DNA from: Cyanobacteria bacterium J06635_1
Lineage (GTDB): Bacteria; Cyanobacteriota; Cyanobacteriia; Phormidesmidales; Phormidesmidaceae
Direction: 5' to 3'
Length of the DNA: 24,000 nucleotides
NCBI GenBank assembly: GCA_039820425.1
Contig: JBCBQD010000032.1
Span: 8,637-32,636 of the forward strand
The notes under the pieces were generated by a model. That model saw only the letters and a list, made by a program, of their open reading frames with translations, was not told the origin of the DNA and searched no databases. Below are positions 6,257 through 14,854 of this stretch, piece after piece (position 1 is the stretch's first letter; every line of letters starts with the position of its first letter). The position numbers and the translations under genes were made by a program.

Positions 6257-8584
6257 ATGTTAAGAAACCACAACACTCGCTTTAGAAGACTCAAAACCTA
6301 CGTACCGTTAGCCATTGCCCCGGCGCTGCTGCTGAGTGCTACGGTGCAGGCTGATCGGCTGATGGCCCAGTCTGCTGCCACTGAGTTTACGATGCCTGAC
6401 TCGGTGCCTGACGGTACGGCCATTAAGATCGATGGCGATAACAGCATGGCTGCCATCAACGCCGCCCTGACTGAGCAGTTTGCTCAGACGTTCAATGGCA
6501 CCGAGGTCACCGCTGAGACCTCTGGCACTGGGCCAGCCCTGCAAGCGGTACTCGATGGCGGTATTGACCTGGCTGCAATTGGCCGACCTCTCACAGACGA
6601 AGAAAAAGCCCAAGGTCTGGTTGAAATAGCCATTGCCCGTCACAAAATTGCTATTTTTGTCGACCCAGAGAATCCCTACGCTGACGACCTCAAAATTGCC
6701 CAATTTGGTCAAATCTTTCGCGGCGAAGTCACTGACTGGTCAGAATTAGGGGGGACTGCCGGGCCGATCCGATTTGTCGATCGCCCAGACACCAGTGATA
6801 CTCGCAGTGCATTCCGCAACTATCCGGTTTTCAAATCAGCCCCCTTCGAAACCGGGGCAACGGCGGATCCAGTTGCTGAAGACACTACCGATGCGGTTGT
6901 CGAAGCCCTGGGCACAGAGGGGGTTGGTTATGCCATCGCTGACCAGGTGACCGAACGCTCAGATGTGCGCATTTTGTCGATGCACAGCGTCATGCCCACT
7001 GACCAGCGCTATCCGTTCTCACAGCCGCTGGCCTACGTTTATAAAGGCCCTGAGCCTAACCCCGCGGTGCAGGCATTTTTGGGCTATGCGACGGCTCCTG
7101 AAAATGAAGGGATTGTGGAAGAAGCGCGGAAACTGGCTGCGACAGGTGCACCGGTTGTGGCTGCCCAGTCGACCACAACCCCCACTACAGAAGCAGATCC
7201 GGCCCAAGCAGATCCGGCCCAAGCAGATCCTGATGTTGTGCTGGCCCCTGCTGACGGTGCTCCGGCGGAACCGGCTGAAGTCCCTGTCGAGGAGGCTCCC
7301 GCTGATGGAGGTGCAACTGACGGTCGCGGTGCGGCTGGCTGGTGGCCCTGGCTACTGATTCCGGTAGCCGGTGGCCTACTTTGGTGGCTTTTGGGCAGAG
7401 GCGGTGGTGGGGCCGCTGGTGGGGCCGCCGCTGGAAGTGCTGCTGCCGGGGCGATCTCGCCAGTTGTCGGTGAGGATGCCAGCCGTTTAATTATGACCCC
7501 CCGCAATAGTCGAGATGGCTATGCCTACTGGGAGCTTAACGATCGCGATCGCAACCGGCTACGCCAGGCTGACAGTCCCCAGCTACGCCTCTATGAGGTC
7601 AATCCAGGTAGCACGCCCAAGCGTCCTTCTCTGAAAATGGTCCAGCAAGTTAGCTGCGACGTCGACGCCCAAGATCAGCATATTTCGATCTCAACAGATA
7701 ACAAAGCGTATCTGACCGAGTTGGGCTACGAAGCTGACGGTCGTTGGCATATGGTGGCGCGTTCAAAGCCGGTCCATGTCCCCTCAGCAGGGGCTGTCAA
7801 TGGGGAGCGTGTTGGTTTGGGGCAGGCGGCTCCGGCCACTGGTGGACGTGGACTTGGCCTCGCCGCTGGTGCCGCTGGTCTAGGGGGGCTTGCCGCTGGG
7901 GCCGCCGCCGCTGCCTCATCAGCCACCGCTAAGACGACCCAGTCTGCCACTAATCTGGCCGGGGATGTCACTAACCGGGTCAGCACCACCACAGCCGATA
8001 TCACCAACCGGGTGGGGTCTACCAAAGCGGATGCGACCAAGCAAATGGGGACGACCGCTAAGCAGATGGGCTCGACCGCTAAGCAAATGGGCTCGACCGC
8101 TAAGCAAATGGGCACAGCCACCGGTGATACCACCCAACGATTTGGTGCCAACCTCGCTGGCAAAGCTGCCGCCGTCGGCGGAGCTGCTGCTGGGGCCGCC
8201 ACTGCTGGCGGAGCCTGGTTGCGCCGCGATCGCTCTAAATTGGCGGGCGTACGACCTGATTTAGCTGAGGACGATCGGATTATCCTGGTGCCCCGTAACT
8301 CCCAGGATGCTTACGCCTATTGGGAAGTCTCGGAGGCTCACAAAAAGGCTCTGAGAGATGCGGGTGGCAAGGTGCTCAAACTCCGCATCCAAGACGTGAC
8401 CGGCATCGACATCGACCACCAGCCCCCCTTTAGCACCCAGGAATACATCTGCGAAGAAACCGCCCAAGACAGACATGTGCCGATTTTAGTTCGCGATCGC
8501 GACTACATTGCTGACCTGGGCTACGAAACCGAAGACGGCAGATGGCTGCGACTGATCCGCTCGTTCCACATAAGAGTGGGGTAA
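6257..8584 (+). CDS. Fusion protein: signal peptide + PstS-like periplasmic binding domain + TM helix + two DUF4912 domains
   Basis: 775-aa ORF. N-terminal signal (...PALLLSATVQA). The PBP/PstS-like block is IKIDGDNSMAAINAALTEQF...ETSGTGPALQAVLDGGIDLAAIGRPLTDEE...IAIFV...FRGEVTDWSELGG...DTSDTRSAF. A hydrophobic segment WWPWLLIPVAGGLLWWLLG lies at 7340-7396. There are two DUF4912-like modules: LIMTPRNSRDGYAYWEL... (about 7484-7783) and IILVPRNSQDAYAYWEV...DRDYIADLGYETEDGRWLRLIRS (about 8275-8581). Confidence 0.85.
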   Translation: MLRNHNTRFRRLKTYVPLAIAPALLLSATVQADRLMAQSAATEFTMPDSVPDGTAIKIDGDNSMAAINAALTEQFAQTFNGTEVTAETSGTGPALQAVLDGGIDLAAIGRPLTDEEKAQGLVEIAIARHKIAIFVDPENPYADDLKIAQFGQIFRGEVTDWSELGGTAGPIRFVDRPDTSDTRSAFRNYPVFKSAPFETGATADPVAEDTTDAVVEALGTEGVGYAIADQVTERSDVRILSMHSVMPTDQRYPFSQPLAYVYKGPEPNPAVQAFLGYATAPENEGIVEEARKLAATGAPVVAAQSTTTPTTEADPAQADPAQADPDVVLAPADGAPAEPAEVPVEEAPADGGATDGRGAAGWWPWLLIPVAGGLLWWLLGRGGGGAAGGAAAGSAAAGAISPVVGEDASRLIMTPRNSRDGYAYWELNDRDRNRLRQADSPQLRLYEVNPGSTPKRPSLKMVQQVSCDVDAQDQHISISTDNKAYLTELGYEADGRWHMVARSKPVHVPSAGAVNGERVGLGQAAPATGGRGLGLAAGAAGLGGLAAGAAAAASSATAKTTQSATNLAGDVTNRVSTTTADITNRVGSTKADATKQMGTTAKQMGSTAKQMGSTAKQMGTATGDTTQRFGANLAGKAAAVGGAAAGAATAGGAWLRRDRSKLAGVRPDLAEDDRIILVPRNSQDAYAYWEVSEAHKKALRDAGGKVLKLRIQDVTGIDIDHQPPFSTQEYICEETAQDRHVPILVRDRDYIADLGYETEDGRWLRLIRSFHIRVG
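7193..7230 (+). repeat. 15-nt coding tandem repeat GCAGATCCGGCCCAA x2.5 (ADPAQ)
   Basis: Read directly in the Pro/Ala/acidic linker between the PBP domain and the TM helix. Confidence 0.85.
8036..8119 (+). repeat. 21-nt coding tandem repeat x4 (T[A/K]KQMG[S/T])
   Basis: Read directly: ACCAAGCAAATGGGGACG / ACCGCTAAGCAGATGGGCTCG / ACCGCTAAGCAAATGGGCTCG / ACCGCTAAGCAAATGGGCACA. Translated: TKQMGTTAKQMGSTAKQMGSTAKQMGT. Confidence 0.9.
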
Positions 8585-8611
8585 GTCATGTCGGCTGAGT
8601 AGCGAACATAC

Positions 8612-8806
8612 GGGATGAGATGGGGCGAAGGGCGCTAGCGTCAGCCATGCCCGCAGGGCTATAAGGGGAAGGGCGAAAGGGACAGAGCACCCAAGGCTAA
8701 TCGAGAGCTCAACCACAAGGGACGCCCCCTACGAATAACCCATATTCAATCCAAAATCGCCAATCCAAAATCCAAAATCTCCCCTGCCCCTTGACCCCTT
8801 CGCCCA
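8612..8806 (+). repeat. Post-stop purine-arm/pyrimidine-arm element (between the DUF4912 and DUF937 genes)
   Basis: G-rich arms are GGGATGAGATGGGGCGAAGGGCG and GGGGAAGGGCGAAAGGGA (8665-8682). The downstream part is CAAAATC repeats followed by the C-rich arm CCCCTGCCCCTTGACCCCTTCGCCC. GGGCGAAGGG and CCCTTCGCCC are complementary. Confidence 0.7.
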
Positions 8807-8855
8807 AATTCCAGAACTTTATATCCATTTTTCAGAACCTTTAGGAGATCAAATA

Positions 8856-9368
8856 ATGAGTCTTTTCTTTGAAGTATTGAGCTCTATCAACAACCCTGAA
8901 CAATCAGGTAGCATTGGCGATTTGGAAAACATTACCAAGTCCATTCAGCAGGTTTCGACTCAGTATGGTGTCCAGCCCAGCCAAATGCAGTCATTGATGG
9001 GTAGTTTAGGTCCAGCGTTAGGGCCTGCCCTCAAACAGCAGGGCAATATCGGCAACCTCGCTGGCCTGTTAGGCAAAGCCACCGGCGGCGGTGGGGCAGC
9101 TTCGCTGCAATCTCTACTGCCTGCTCAAGCCCAGCAGCAAATTGCTCAAACCGTGGCCAAGCAAGCCGGGCTCAACGCTGGGACAGTCCAGGGCATGCTC
9201 CCCACGCTGCTGCCTGCGGTGATGGGTCTGCTCAACATGGGCTCCAGCAAATCCGGCGGGATGCCTGGCATGAATCCTCTGCTCACCGCATTTTTGGGTG
9301 GCCACAAGGGTGGCAATGACCTAGGCAGCGTGATGAAGTTTGCCAGCCGTTTTTTGCAACCGTCTTAG
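8856..9368 (+). CDS. DUF937-family protein
   Basis: 170-aa ORF preceded by AGGAGA. The N-terminus MSLFFEVLSSINNPEQSGSIGDLENITKSIQQV and the Gly/Gln/Leu-rich body with the C-terminal DLGSVMKFASRFL match my recollection of DUF937 proteins. Confidence 0.7.
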   Translation: MSLFFEVLSSINNPEQSGSIGDLENITKSIQQVSTQYGVQPSQMQSLMGSLGPALGPALKQQGNIGNLAGLLGKATGGGGAASLQSLLPAQAQQQIAQTVAKQAGLNAGTVQGMLPTLLPAVMGLLNMGSSKSGGMPGMNPLLTAFLGGHKGGNDLGSVMKFASRFLQPS

Positions 9369-9447
9369 TAATACGGCAGTTTTAAGCTTTGGGTTTTGAG
9401 TCAAAAATTCAACGCTCTAACTCAACACTGAAAATTGCGCATTCAAG

Positions 9448-9485
9448 AGGTCCGTTGAGTCGCCAAAGCTCAACGGACCTTTTTG
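9448..9485 (+). terminator. Rho-independent terminator of the DUF937 gene
   Basis: Perfect 12-bp stem AGGTCCGTTGAG (9448-9459) / CTCAACGGACCT (9469-9480), with a 9-nt loop, followed by TTTTT. Confidence 0.85.
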
Positions 9486-9657
9486 CTTGCTGACTACCAA
9501 GATCGCCCCCCACTCACCTACTCACCCACTCACCCAGTACCAAACCATAGACATCTCAACCGAACCCCACATCTAATATCCACTCAACCACCAGAGATGA
9601 AGTCCTTGAGATATCATTAGCGTGATTCTTACCTAGGGCCCTCTCCCCCGACTAACT

Positions 9658-10401
9658 GTGACTCAGCAAAACCCTTTTCTTGGTGTCTGGCAAAGAAGCT
9701 ACATTCGATTTGACAATGGCCCTTGTGAAACTCGCCAAACAGTTTTGTGGATACAGGCTGAAACACTATTTGCAGATGTCCGCAGCAGTCTAGCCAAAAA
9801 CCCATTGACCCCAGAAACATATTCCCAGCTCAGCTGGAAAGAGGCTTTCACGAGTTACATCGGCTTTAGCGGTACATTTAGCTGGCAAAACACGGCGGAA
9901 ACCGAGGGTGAGCAAAAGGCCCACTGCCAGTGGCTGAGCGACATCAGCATTTTTCCGACCGAGGACGCTGACGAAGGGGAGTGCCACTGGATTGCCCCAG
10001 ATAGTTTCATCGAAATTGGTACGTATACGGATGACCAGGGACAAGCCCACACTTATGAAGAACGGTGGCAGCGCCTGAGTAAAGCCCGACCTAAGATTTT
10101 TGAAATGCAGATCGCTGATCAACGAGGTCGCTGTCTGTTGGCAGGGGGGTGGGCCGTGGTGGTCCATGATTGGCGACCCACTACCGTGACCCCATTGGCA
10201 GACAGCAGTGCTTTTGCGGCCTTTTCTGCCACTGCTTGGCAATCTAAAGGTGCTTTATGGATTCCGCGATTTAGCACCCAGCCGTTACTTGGATCGACCT
10301 CGCCTTGGACGCCTGCCCAGATTCTCAAGTCAAATGATTGGCAAATCATACAGCCTCCCAGGGGCACATCAACAACACAGCCTTTGCTCAGCTACTATTA
10401 G
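9658..10401 (+). CDS. Hypothetical Trp-rich protein (GTG start)
   Basis: 247-aa ORF that is longer and more protein-like than the opposing 150-aa ORF at 9790..10242. I recognise no family motif. The start codon is uncertain. Confidence 0.55.
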   Translation: MTQQNPFLGVWQRSYIRFDNGPCETRQTVLWIQAETLFADVRSSLAKNPLTPETYSQLSWKEAFTSYIGFSGTFSWQNTAETEGEQKAHCQWLSDISIFPTEDADEGECHWIAPDSFIEIGTYTDDQGQAHTYEERWQRLSKARPKIFEMQIADQRGRCLLAGGWAVVVHDWRPTTVTPLADSSAFAAFSATAWQSKGALWIPRFSTQPLLGSTSPWTPAQILKSNDWQIIQPPRGTSTTQPLLSYY

Positions 10402-10432
10402 GGGTAGTTGTGATTAAAATTTTGAGGTCTCT

Positions 10433-10672
10433 ATGGAAACCCTCGCACTGACCGAAGTAAACGTTGAGAAAGTACTGGATGAGCTGCGCCCTTATCTGCT
10501 AGCCGACGGCGGCAACGTTGAGTTGGTAGATATTGACGGCCCCATCGTCAAACTACGCCTGCAAGGGGCCTGCGGCTCTTGTCCCAGCTCTGCCATGACC
10601 CTACGCATGGGGATTGAGCGCCGCCTCCGCGAGTTTATTCCGGAAATTTCGGAAATCGAACAGGTTTTTTAG
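10433..10672 (+). CDS. nfu: NifU-like Fe-S cluster scaffold/carrier protein (Nfu)
   Basis: 79-aa ORF with [44 protein letters not shown], the Nfu C-terminal domain with its CxxC motif. Confidence 0.9.
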   Translation: METLALTEVNVEKVLDELRPYLLADGGNVELVDIDGPIVKLRLQGACGSCPSSAMTLRMGIERRLREFIPEISEIEQVF

Positions 10673-10784
10673 GAGATGGGTGATAGGTGTTAGAGGCTAT
10701 CAAAGCATTTAAGGTCAATGCCCAAGACCTAAAGCCCAAGCCCTAGAATCTAGAACCTAACACCTAAAATCTCCCCCCCACCCT
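10672..10784 (+). repeat. Post-stop hairpin element with a degenerate heptamer array (nfu 3' flank)
   Basis: The left arm overlaps the stop codon: GGAGAT...AGGTGTTAG (10672-10693). Its complement is CTAACACCT...ATCTCC (10757-10774). The interior and right arm read in 7-nt register: CCCAAGA/CCTAAAG/CCCAAGC/CCTAGAA/TCTAGAA/CCTAACA/CCTAAAA/TCTCCCC (10721-10776). Confidence 0.7.
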
Positions 10785-10843
10785 GCTATCCTGATTTACT
10801 GGCAAGGCGATTTGCTGAGGAAATGATTGGCTGAGGAAATACA

Positions 10844-12121
10844 GTGCTCGATCTAAAGCAGATTCGACAAAACTCTGATCATGTGGTGGCAGCCCTCGCT
10901 AAGCGAGGGGACTATGATTTACAAGCTTTGTTAGGGCTGGATGCCCAGCAACGCGAAATTGAGAGTCAGCGATCGCAACTCCAGGCCCGCAGTAATGAAA
11001 TTGGTAAAGCGGTGGGTCAAAAAATCAAAGCCGGGGCCGATCCCAAAGGGGATGAGCTCCAGACGTTGCGAGGCGAAGGCAACCAGGTCAAGCAGCAGCT
11101 CAGTGAGCTAGAGCCCCGAGAAAAAGACCTCAAAGAGCAGATCCAGACGATTTTGCTCACCCTGCCCAACCTGCCCAGTGACTCCACCCCCCTGGGCGAC
11201 GACGAAACTGAAAATGTCGAAGTGCGCCGCTGGGGCGATCAGCATATCCGCCGAGGCAAGGATCTGCTGCCCCACTACGAGATTGGCGAAAAGCTCGGCA
11301 TCATGAACTTTGAGCGGTCAGTCAAGATCGCCCAGAGTCGTTTTGTCACCTTAATTGGGGCCGGCGCTGCCCTGGAGCGTGCCTTGATTAGCTTTATGCT
11401 GAGCCGCCATACCCAGGCAGGCTACACCGAGGTTTTGCCACCGATCTTGGTCAATACGGCTTCCCTACAGGGGTCAGGTCAGCTGCCCAAGTTTGCCGAC
11501 GAAAGCTTTAAGTGCGATCGAGATGACCTATGGCTCGTCCCCACCGCCGAGGTCCCCCTCACCAACCTGCATCGGGGCGAAATTTTATCCGCTGACGAGC
11601 TACCAATTAACTACTGTGCTTACACCCCCTGCTTTCGACGCGAAGCCGGTAGTTACGGGCGTGACACCCGAGGGCTGATCCGGCTACACCAGTTCAATAA
11701 AGTCGAAATGTACAAATTTGTACATCCCGACACTTCCTTTGACGATCTCGAAGCCCTCGTTAGAGATGCCGAAGACATTTTGCAGCAGCTCAAGCTGCCC
11801 TACCGGCTGATTGAACTCTGCACTGGCGATTTGGGCTTCTCAGCCACCAAAACCTACGATCTTGAAGTGTGGATGCCCTCCGCCGACTGCTATCGCGAAA
11901 TCTCCAGCTGCTCCAACTGCGTTGACTTCCAGGCCCGTCGCGCCGATATTCGCTTCAAAGCACCCGGCCAAAAAGGCACCCAGTATGTCCACACCCTCAA
12001 CGGCTCCGGCCTTGCCATTGGCCGCACCATGGCCGCCTTACTGGAAACCTATCAGCAGCCCGACGGCAGTGTGAAGGTGCCGGAGGTTTTAGTACCGTTT
12101 TTGGGACGGGAGGTTTTGTAG
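10844..12121 (+). CDS. serS: Seryl-tRNA synthetase
   Basis: 425-aa ORF with a GTG start. Coiled-coil N-terminal arm. Class II blocks: [87 protein letters not shown]. Confidence 0.97.
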   Translation: MLDLKQIRQNSDHVVAALAKRGDYDLQALLGLDAQQREIESQRSQLQARSNEIGKAVGQKIKAGADPKGDELQTLRGEGNQVKQQLSELEPREKDLKEQIQTILLTLPNLPSDSTPLGDDETENVEVRRWGDQHIRRGKDLLPHYEIGEKLGIMNFERSVKIAQSRFVTLIGAGAALERALISFMLSRHTQAGYTEVLPPILVNTASLQGSGQLPKFADESFKCDRDDLWLVPTAEVPLTNLHRGEILSADELPINYCAYTPCFRREAGSYGRDTRGLIRLHQFNKVEMYKFVHPDTSFDDLEALVRDAEDILQQLKLPYRLIELCTGDLGFSATKTYDLEVWMPSADCYREISSCSNCVDFQARRADIRFKAPGQKGTQYVHTLNGSGLAIGRTMAALLETYQQPDGSVKVPEVLVPFLGREVL

Positions 12122-12243
12122 GGCAAGAGTGTAGTGGGTAGTGGGTCACTGGCCTGGAGACACAACATTTGCCAAAAGGAAGTCCACATAGCATCACTCT
12201 CCACCCTCTACCCTCTACTCACTACCTCCTGCTTCCCCTCACC
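12122..12243 (+). repeat. Post-stop purine-arm/pyrimidine-arm element (serS 3' flank)
   Basis: Starts at the base after the stop. The left arm GAGTGTAGTGGGTAGTGGGT contains TAGTGGG x2. The right arm CACTCTCCACCCTCTACCCTCTACTCACTACC contains CCCTCTA x2. The arms are imperfectly complementary. Confidence 0.6.
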
Positions 12244-12296
12244 AGAACGGTAGAATAAGAAAAGTATCTGAAAACACTTATCTGTAATTTGGCGCT

Positions 12297-13385
12297 ATGT
12301 CCGTACTGGCCGCGATCGCAGTTTTAGCCCTCCTGATTTTTGTCCATGAGCTCGGCCACTTTTTAGCCGCCCGACTCCAGGGGATCCACGTCAATCGGTT
12401 TTCGATTGGGTTTGGCCCCATTCTGTGGAAATTTCAAGGTCCCCAGACAGAATATGCCCTGAGGGGGATCCCGCTGGGAGGGTTTGTGGGTTTTCCAGAC
12501 GATGATCCCGATAGTGAGATTCCGGCGGATGATCCTGACTTGCTACGCAATCGCCCCGTCCTAGATCGGGCTATTGTGATCAGCGCTGGCGTAATCGCCA
12601 ATTTGCTCTTTGCCTATCTGGTTTTTGTCACCCAGTTTGTCAGCGTTGGCATTCCCCAGGAGTTTGTCCCTCAGCCAGGGGTGATGGTGCCCCAGGTGCT
12701 TTCTGAGAGCAGCCCCGCGGCCCAATCTGGCATCAAATCAGGAGACATCATTGTTGCAGTCAACGGTGAGTCACTGACCGATGACGAAAGCACGGTCAAA
12801 AATTTGATTGAGGTGATTCAAAACAGCCCTGATAAACCTGTAGAGCTTACCCTACAGAGGGTCAACCGGACCTTAGACGTAACCGTTACCCCCGAGCTCA
12901 AAGACGGTAAAGCCGTCATCGGGGTGCAATTACAACCCAACGGCACCATCGACTATCGTCGCCCTAACAACCCTATCGAAGTGTTAACCTTGGCGGCCCG
13001 TGAGTTTCAAAACATGCTCGTGCGCACGGTGGAAGGATTTGCCAGTCTATTCACGAATTTTTCGGAAATGGCAGGTCAGGTGGGGGGGCCAGTTAGAATT
13101 GTGGAGCAGGGCGCTGGCCTAGCGCAGCGAGATGCTCTCACCCTATTTCCCTTTACCGCCATCATTAGCATTAACCTGGCGATCATTAATATTCTGCCCC
13201 TACCAGCCTTAGACGGTGGGCAGCTGGCCTTTTTGCTGGTTGAGGCGCTACGGGGCAAACCCTTACCCCTGCGGCTCCAAGAAAACGTCATGCAAACCGG
13301 TCTGTTTTTGCTGCTGGGCCTGGGCATTTTCTTAATCGTGCGGGACTTTACCCAGCTAGAAGTCTTCCAAAACTTCTCCCAATAA
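12297..13385 (+). CDS. rseP: RseP-type site-2 protease (M50 zinc metalloprotease with PDZ domain)
   Basis: 362-aa ORF. HELGH zinc motif at aa 17-21. Central PDZ-like block (AAQSGIKSGDIIVAVNGE). Second catalytic motif NLAIINILPLPALDGG. Multiple hydrophobic helices. Confidence 0.9.
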   Translation: MSVLAAIAVLALLIFVHELGHFLAARLQGIHVNRFSIGFGPILWKFQGPQTEYALRGIPLGGFVGFPDDDPDSEIPADDPDLLRNRPVLDRAIVISAGVIANLLFAYLVFVTQFVSVGIPQEFVPQPGVMVPQVLSESSPAAQSGIKSGDIIVAVNGESLTDDESTVKNLIEVIQNSPDKPVELTLQRVNRTLDVTVTPELKDGKAVIGVQLQPNGTIDYRRPNNPIEVLTLAAREFQNMLVRTVEGFASLFTNFSEMAGQVGGPVRIVEQGAGLAQRDALTLFPFTAIISINLAIINILPLPALDGGQLAFLLVEALRGKPLPLRLQENVMQTGLFLLLGLGIFLIVRDFTQLEVFQNFSQ

Positions 13386-13394
13386 GTAAGCCCC

Positions 13395-14159
13395 GTGAGT
13401 ACATCCCCACCAATTTCTGATATCCCTTCAGAAAAGCCCTCCCCAAAACGCCTGACGAAAAAGCAAAAAGCCCTTGAGATCCTGGCCAGGCTCAAGCGGC
13501 TTTATCCTGATGCACGTTGCTCTCTGGACTATGAGACGCCACTACAGCTATTAATTGCCACCATGCTCTCGGCCCAGTGCACCGATGAGCGGGTTAACAA
13601 GGTGACGCCTGCCTTATTCGACCAGTTTCCCACTGTGCATGCCTTTGCCGAGGCTGAGGTGACCGAGATCGAAGCCCTGGTCAAGTCCACTGGGTTTTAT
13701 CGCAACAAGGCCAAAAATATTCACGGGGCTTGCTGCAAAATTATCGCCGACTTTGGGGGTGAGGTCCCCCAGAGTATGGCAGAGCTGCTGCAGCTGCCGG
13801 GGGTGGCCCGTAAGACGGCGAATGTGGTCCTGGCCCATGCCTTTGGCATTAACGCTGGAGTCACCGTCGATACCCATGTCAAGCGACTCACCAACCGATT
13901 GGGCCTGACTAAACATGAGGTGCCCACCAAGATCGAGCAAGACTTAATTAAACTGCTGCCCCAGCCGGATTGGGAAAATTGGTCAATCCGATTGATTTAT
14001 CACGGGCGAGCCGTATGCGACGCCCGCAAGCCCGCTTGCGATCGCTGTGAGCTGAGCGACCTGTGCCCATCAGGGCCTAAAATCCTGAAAGCCAACACTC
14101 AAAAAGCGACCTTGTCTCAATCCTCCCAGACTGTGTCAAAGCCCAAGCGCAGTCGGTAG
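13395..14159 (+). CDS. nth: Endonuclease III (DNA glycosylase/AP lyase)
   Basis: 254-aa ORF with a GTG start. Motifs: [17 protein letters not shown], the HhH-GPD block [21 protein letters not shown], and the 4Fe-4S ligands C-X6-C-X2-C-X5-C ([17 protein letters not shown]). It has short basic N- and C-terminal extensions. The exact start is uncertain. Confidence 0.92.
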   Translation: MSTSPPISDIPSEKPSPKRLTKKQKALEILARLKRLYPDARCSLDYETPLQLLIATMLSAQCTDERVNKVTPALFDQFPTVHAFAEAEVTEIEALVKSTGFYRNKAKNIHGACCKIIADFGGEVPQSMAELLQLPGVARKTANVVLAHAFGINAGVTVDTHVKRLTNRLGLTKHEVPTKIEQDLIKLLPQPDWENWSIRLIYHGRAVCDARKPACDRCELSDLCPSGPKILKANTQKATLSQSSQTVSKPKRSR

Positions 14160-14269
14160 GATGGAGGTTGTTCAGGCTCTACCTGCTCGGCCAGCTCTTT
14201 ACAGGAATCCTTTTGAGCCACTACAATAGGAGACCGTGGCTAATAAAATATAGGACAAAGCAAGCTCAG

Positions 14270-14572
14270 ATGGCTAAGAAGAGCATGGTAGCGCGCCAGC
14301 GCAAACGTGAAAAAACAGTTGCTAAGTACGCAGAGAAACGTCAGGCACTGTTAGACGCCTTCCATAAGGCACCCAATCAGGCAGAAAAGTTAGCAATCCA
14401 CCGCAAGATTCAACAGCTTCCCCGCAATAGTGCGCCAACCCGTTTACACAACCGCTGCTGGTTAACCGGGCGTCCCCATGCTTACTACCGCGATTTTGGG
14501 CTATGCCGCAACGCCCTGCGCGAGATGGCCCACCAGGGGCTGCTCCCCGGCGTGGTCAAATCTAGCTGGTAA
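14270..14572 (+). CDS. rpsN: 30S ribosomal protein S14
   Basis: I place the start at ATG 14270, which gives [27 protein letters not shown]...[41 protein letters not shown] (100 aa). The 34 upstream codons of the track ORF are not S14-like. Confidence 0.95.
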   Translation: MAKKSMVARQRKREKTVAKYAEKRQALLDAFHKAPNQAEKLAIHRKIQQLPRNSAPTRLHNRCWLTGRPHAYYRDFGLCRNALREMAHQGLLPGVVKSSW

Positions 14573-14854
14573 GCTCTTTAAGCCGCCATAGCGCTTAGCC
14601 AACAAAAAAATCATTTCCCAAAATCTGACACTTTTATAGCAGGTAAGGCTTTACGAGGTCTGTTTGCCTGAGGGGTCAGATTTTTTGTGGTCAAAATTCA
14701 CGCTAGCGCTTAAATTACACGCCTTTTTTGTCCTAACTTCCTTCGTCAGATGATGTATTTACCATCTTTTTGATAAATAAGATGAGAATCCCCGCTATGT
14801 TTGCTACGATTGCCCCTATGCTGCTTGCTTCAGTTTCTGACACACGTACTGAAT

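Noticed and set aside
7084-8264. Long antisense or alternative-frame ORFs (7084..7506 -, 7726..8202 -, 7890..8264 +, 6963..7358 +) inside the PstS-like/DUF4912 gene
   Set aside because: They fall in GC-rich, Ala/Gly/Pro-coding repeats, where stop codons are rare in all frames. Their products are low-complexity with no motifs. The + strand 775-aa frame carries recognisable domains.
9790-10242. 150-aa minus-strand ORF opposite the 9658..10401 ORF
   Set aside because: It is shorter, has Arg/Ser/Gly/Pro-rich nonsense-like composition, and is fully contained in the longer + strand ORF. Without comparative data the strand choice remains only moderately confident.
13076-13495. 139-aa minus-strand ORF spanning the rseP/nth junction
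   Set aside because: It overlaps two confidently identified + strand genes, and its product has no recognisable features.
14600-14690. Possible terminator after rpsN (AAAATCTGAC ... GTCAGATTTTTT)
   Set aside because: The 10-bp stem is A/U-rich and encloses a roughly 44-nt loop. This is plausible but too weak to list as a feature without 3'-end data.
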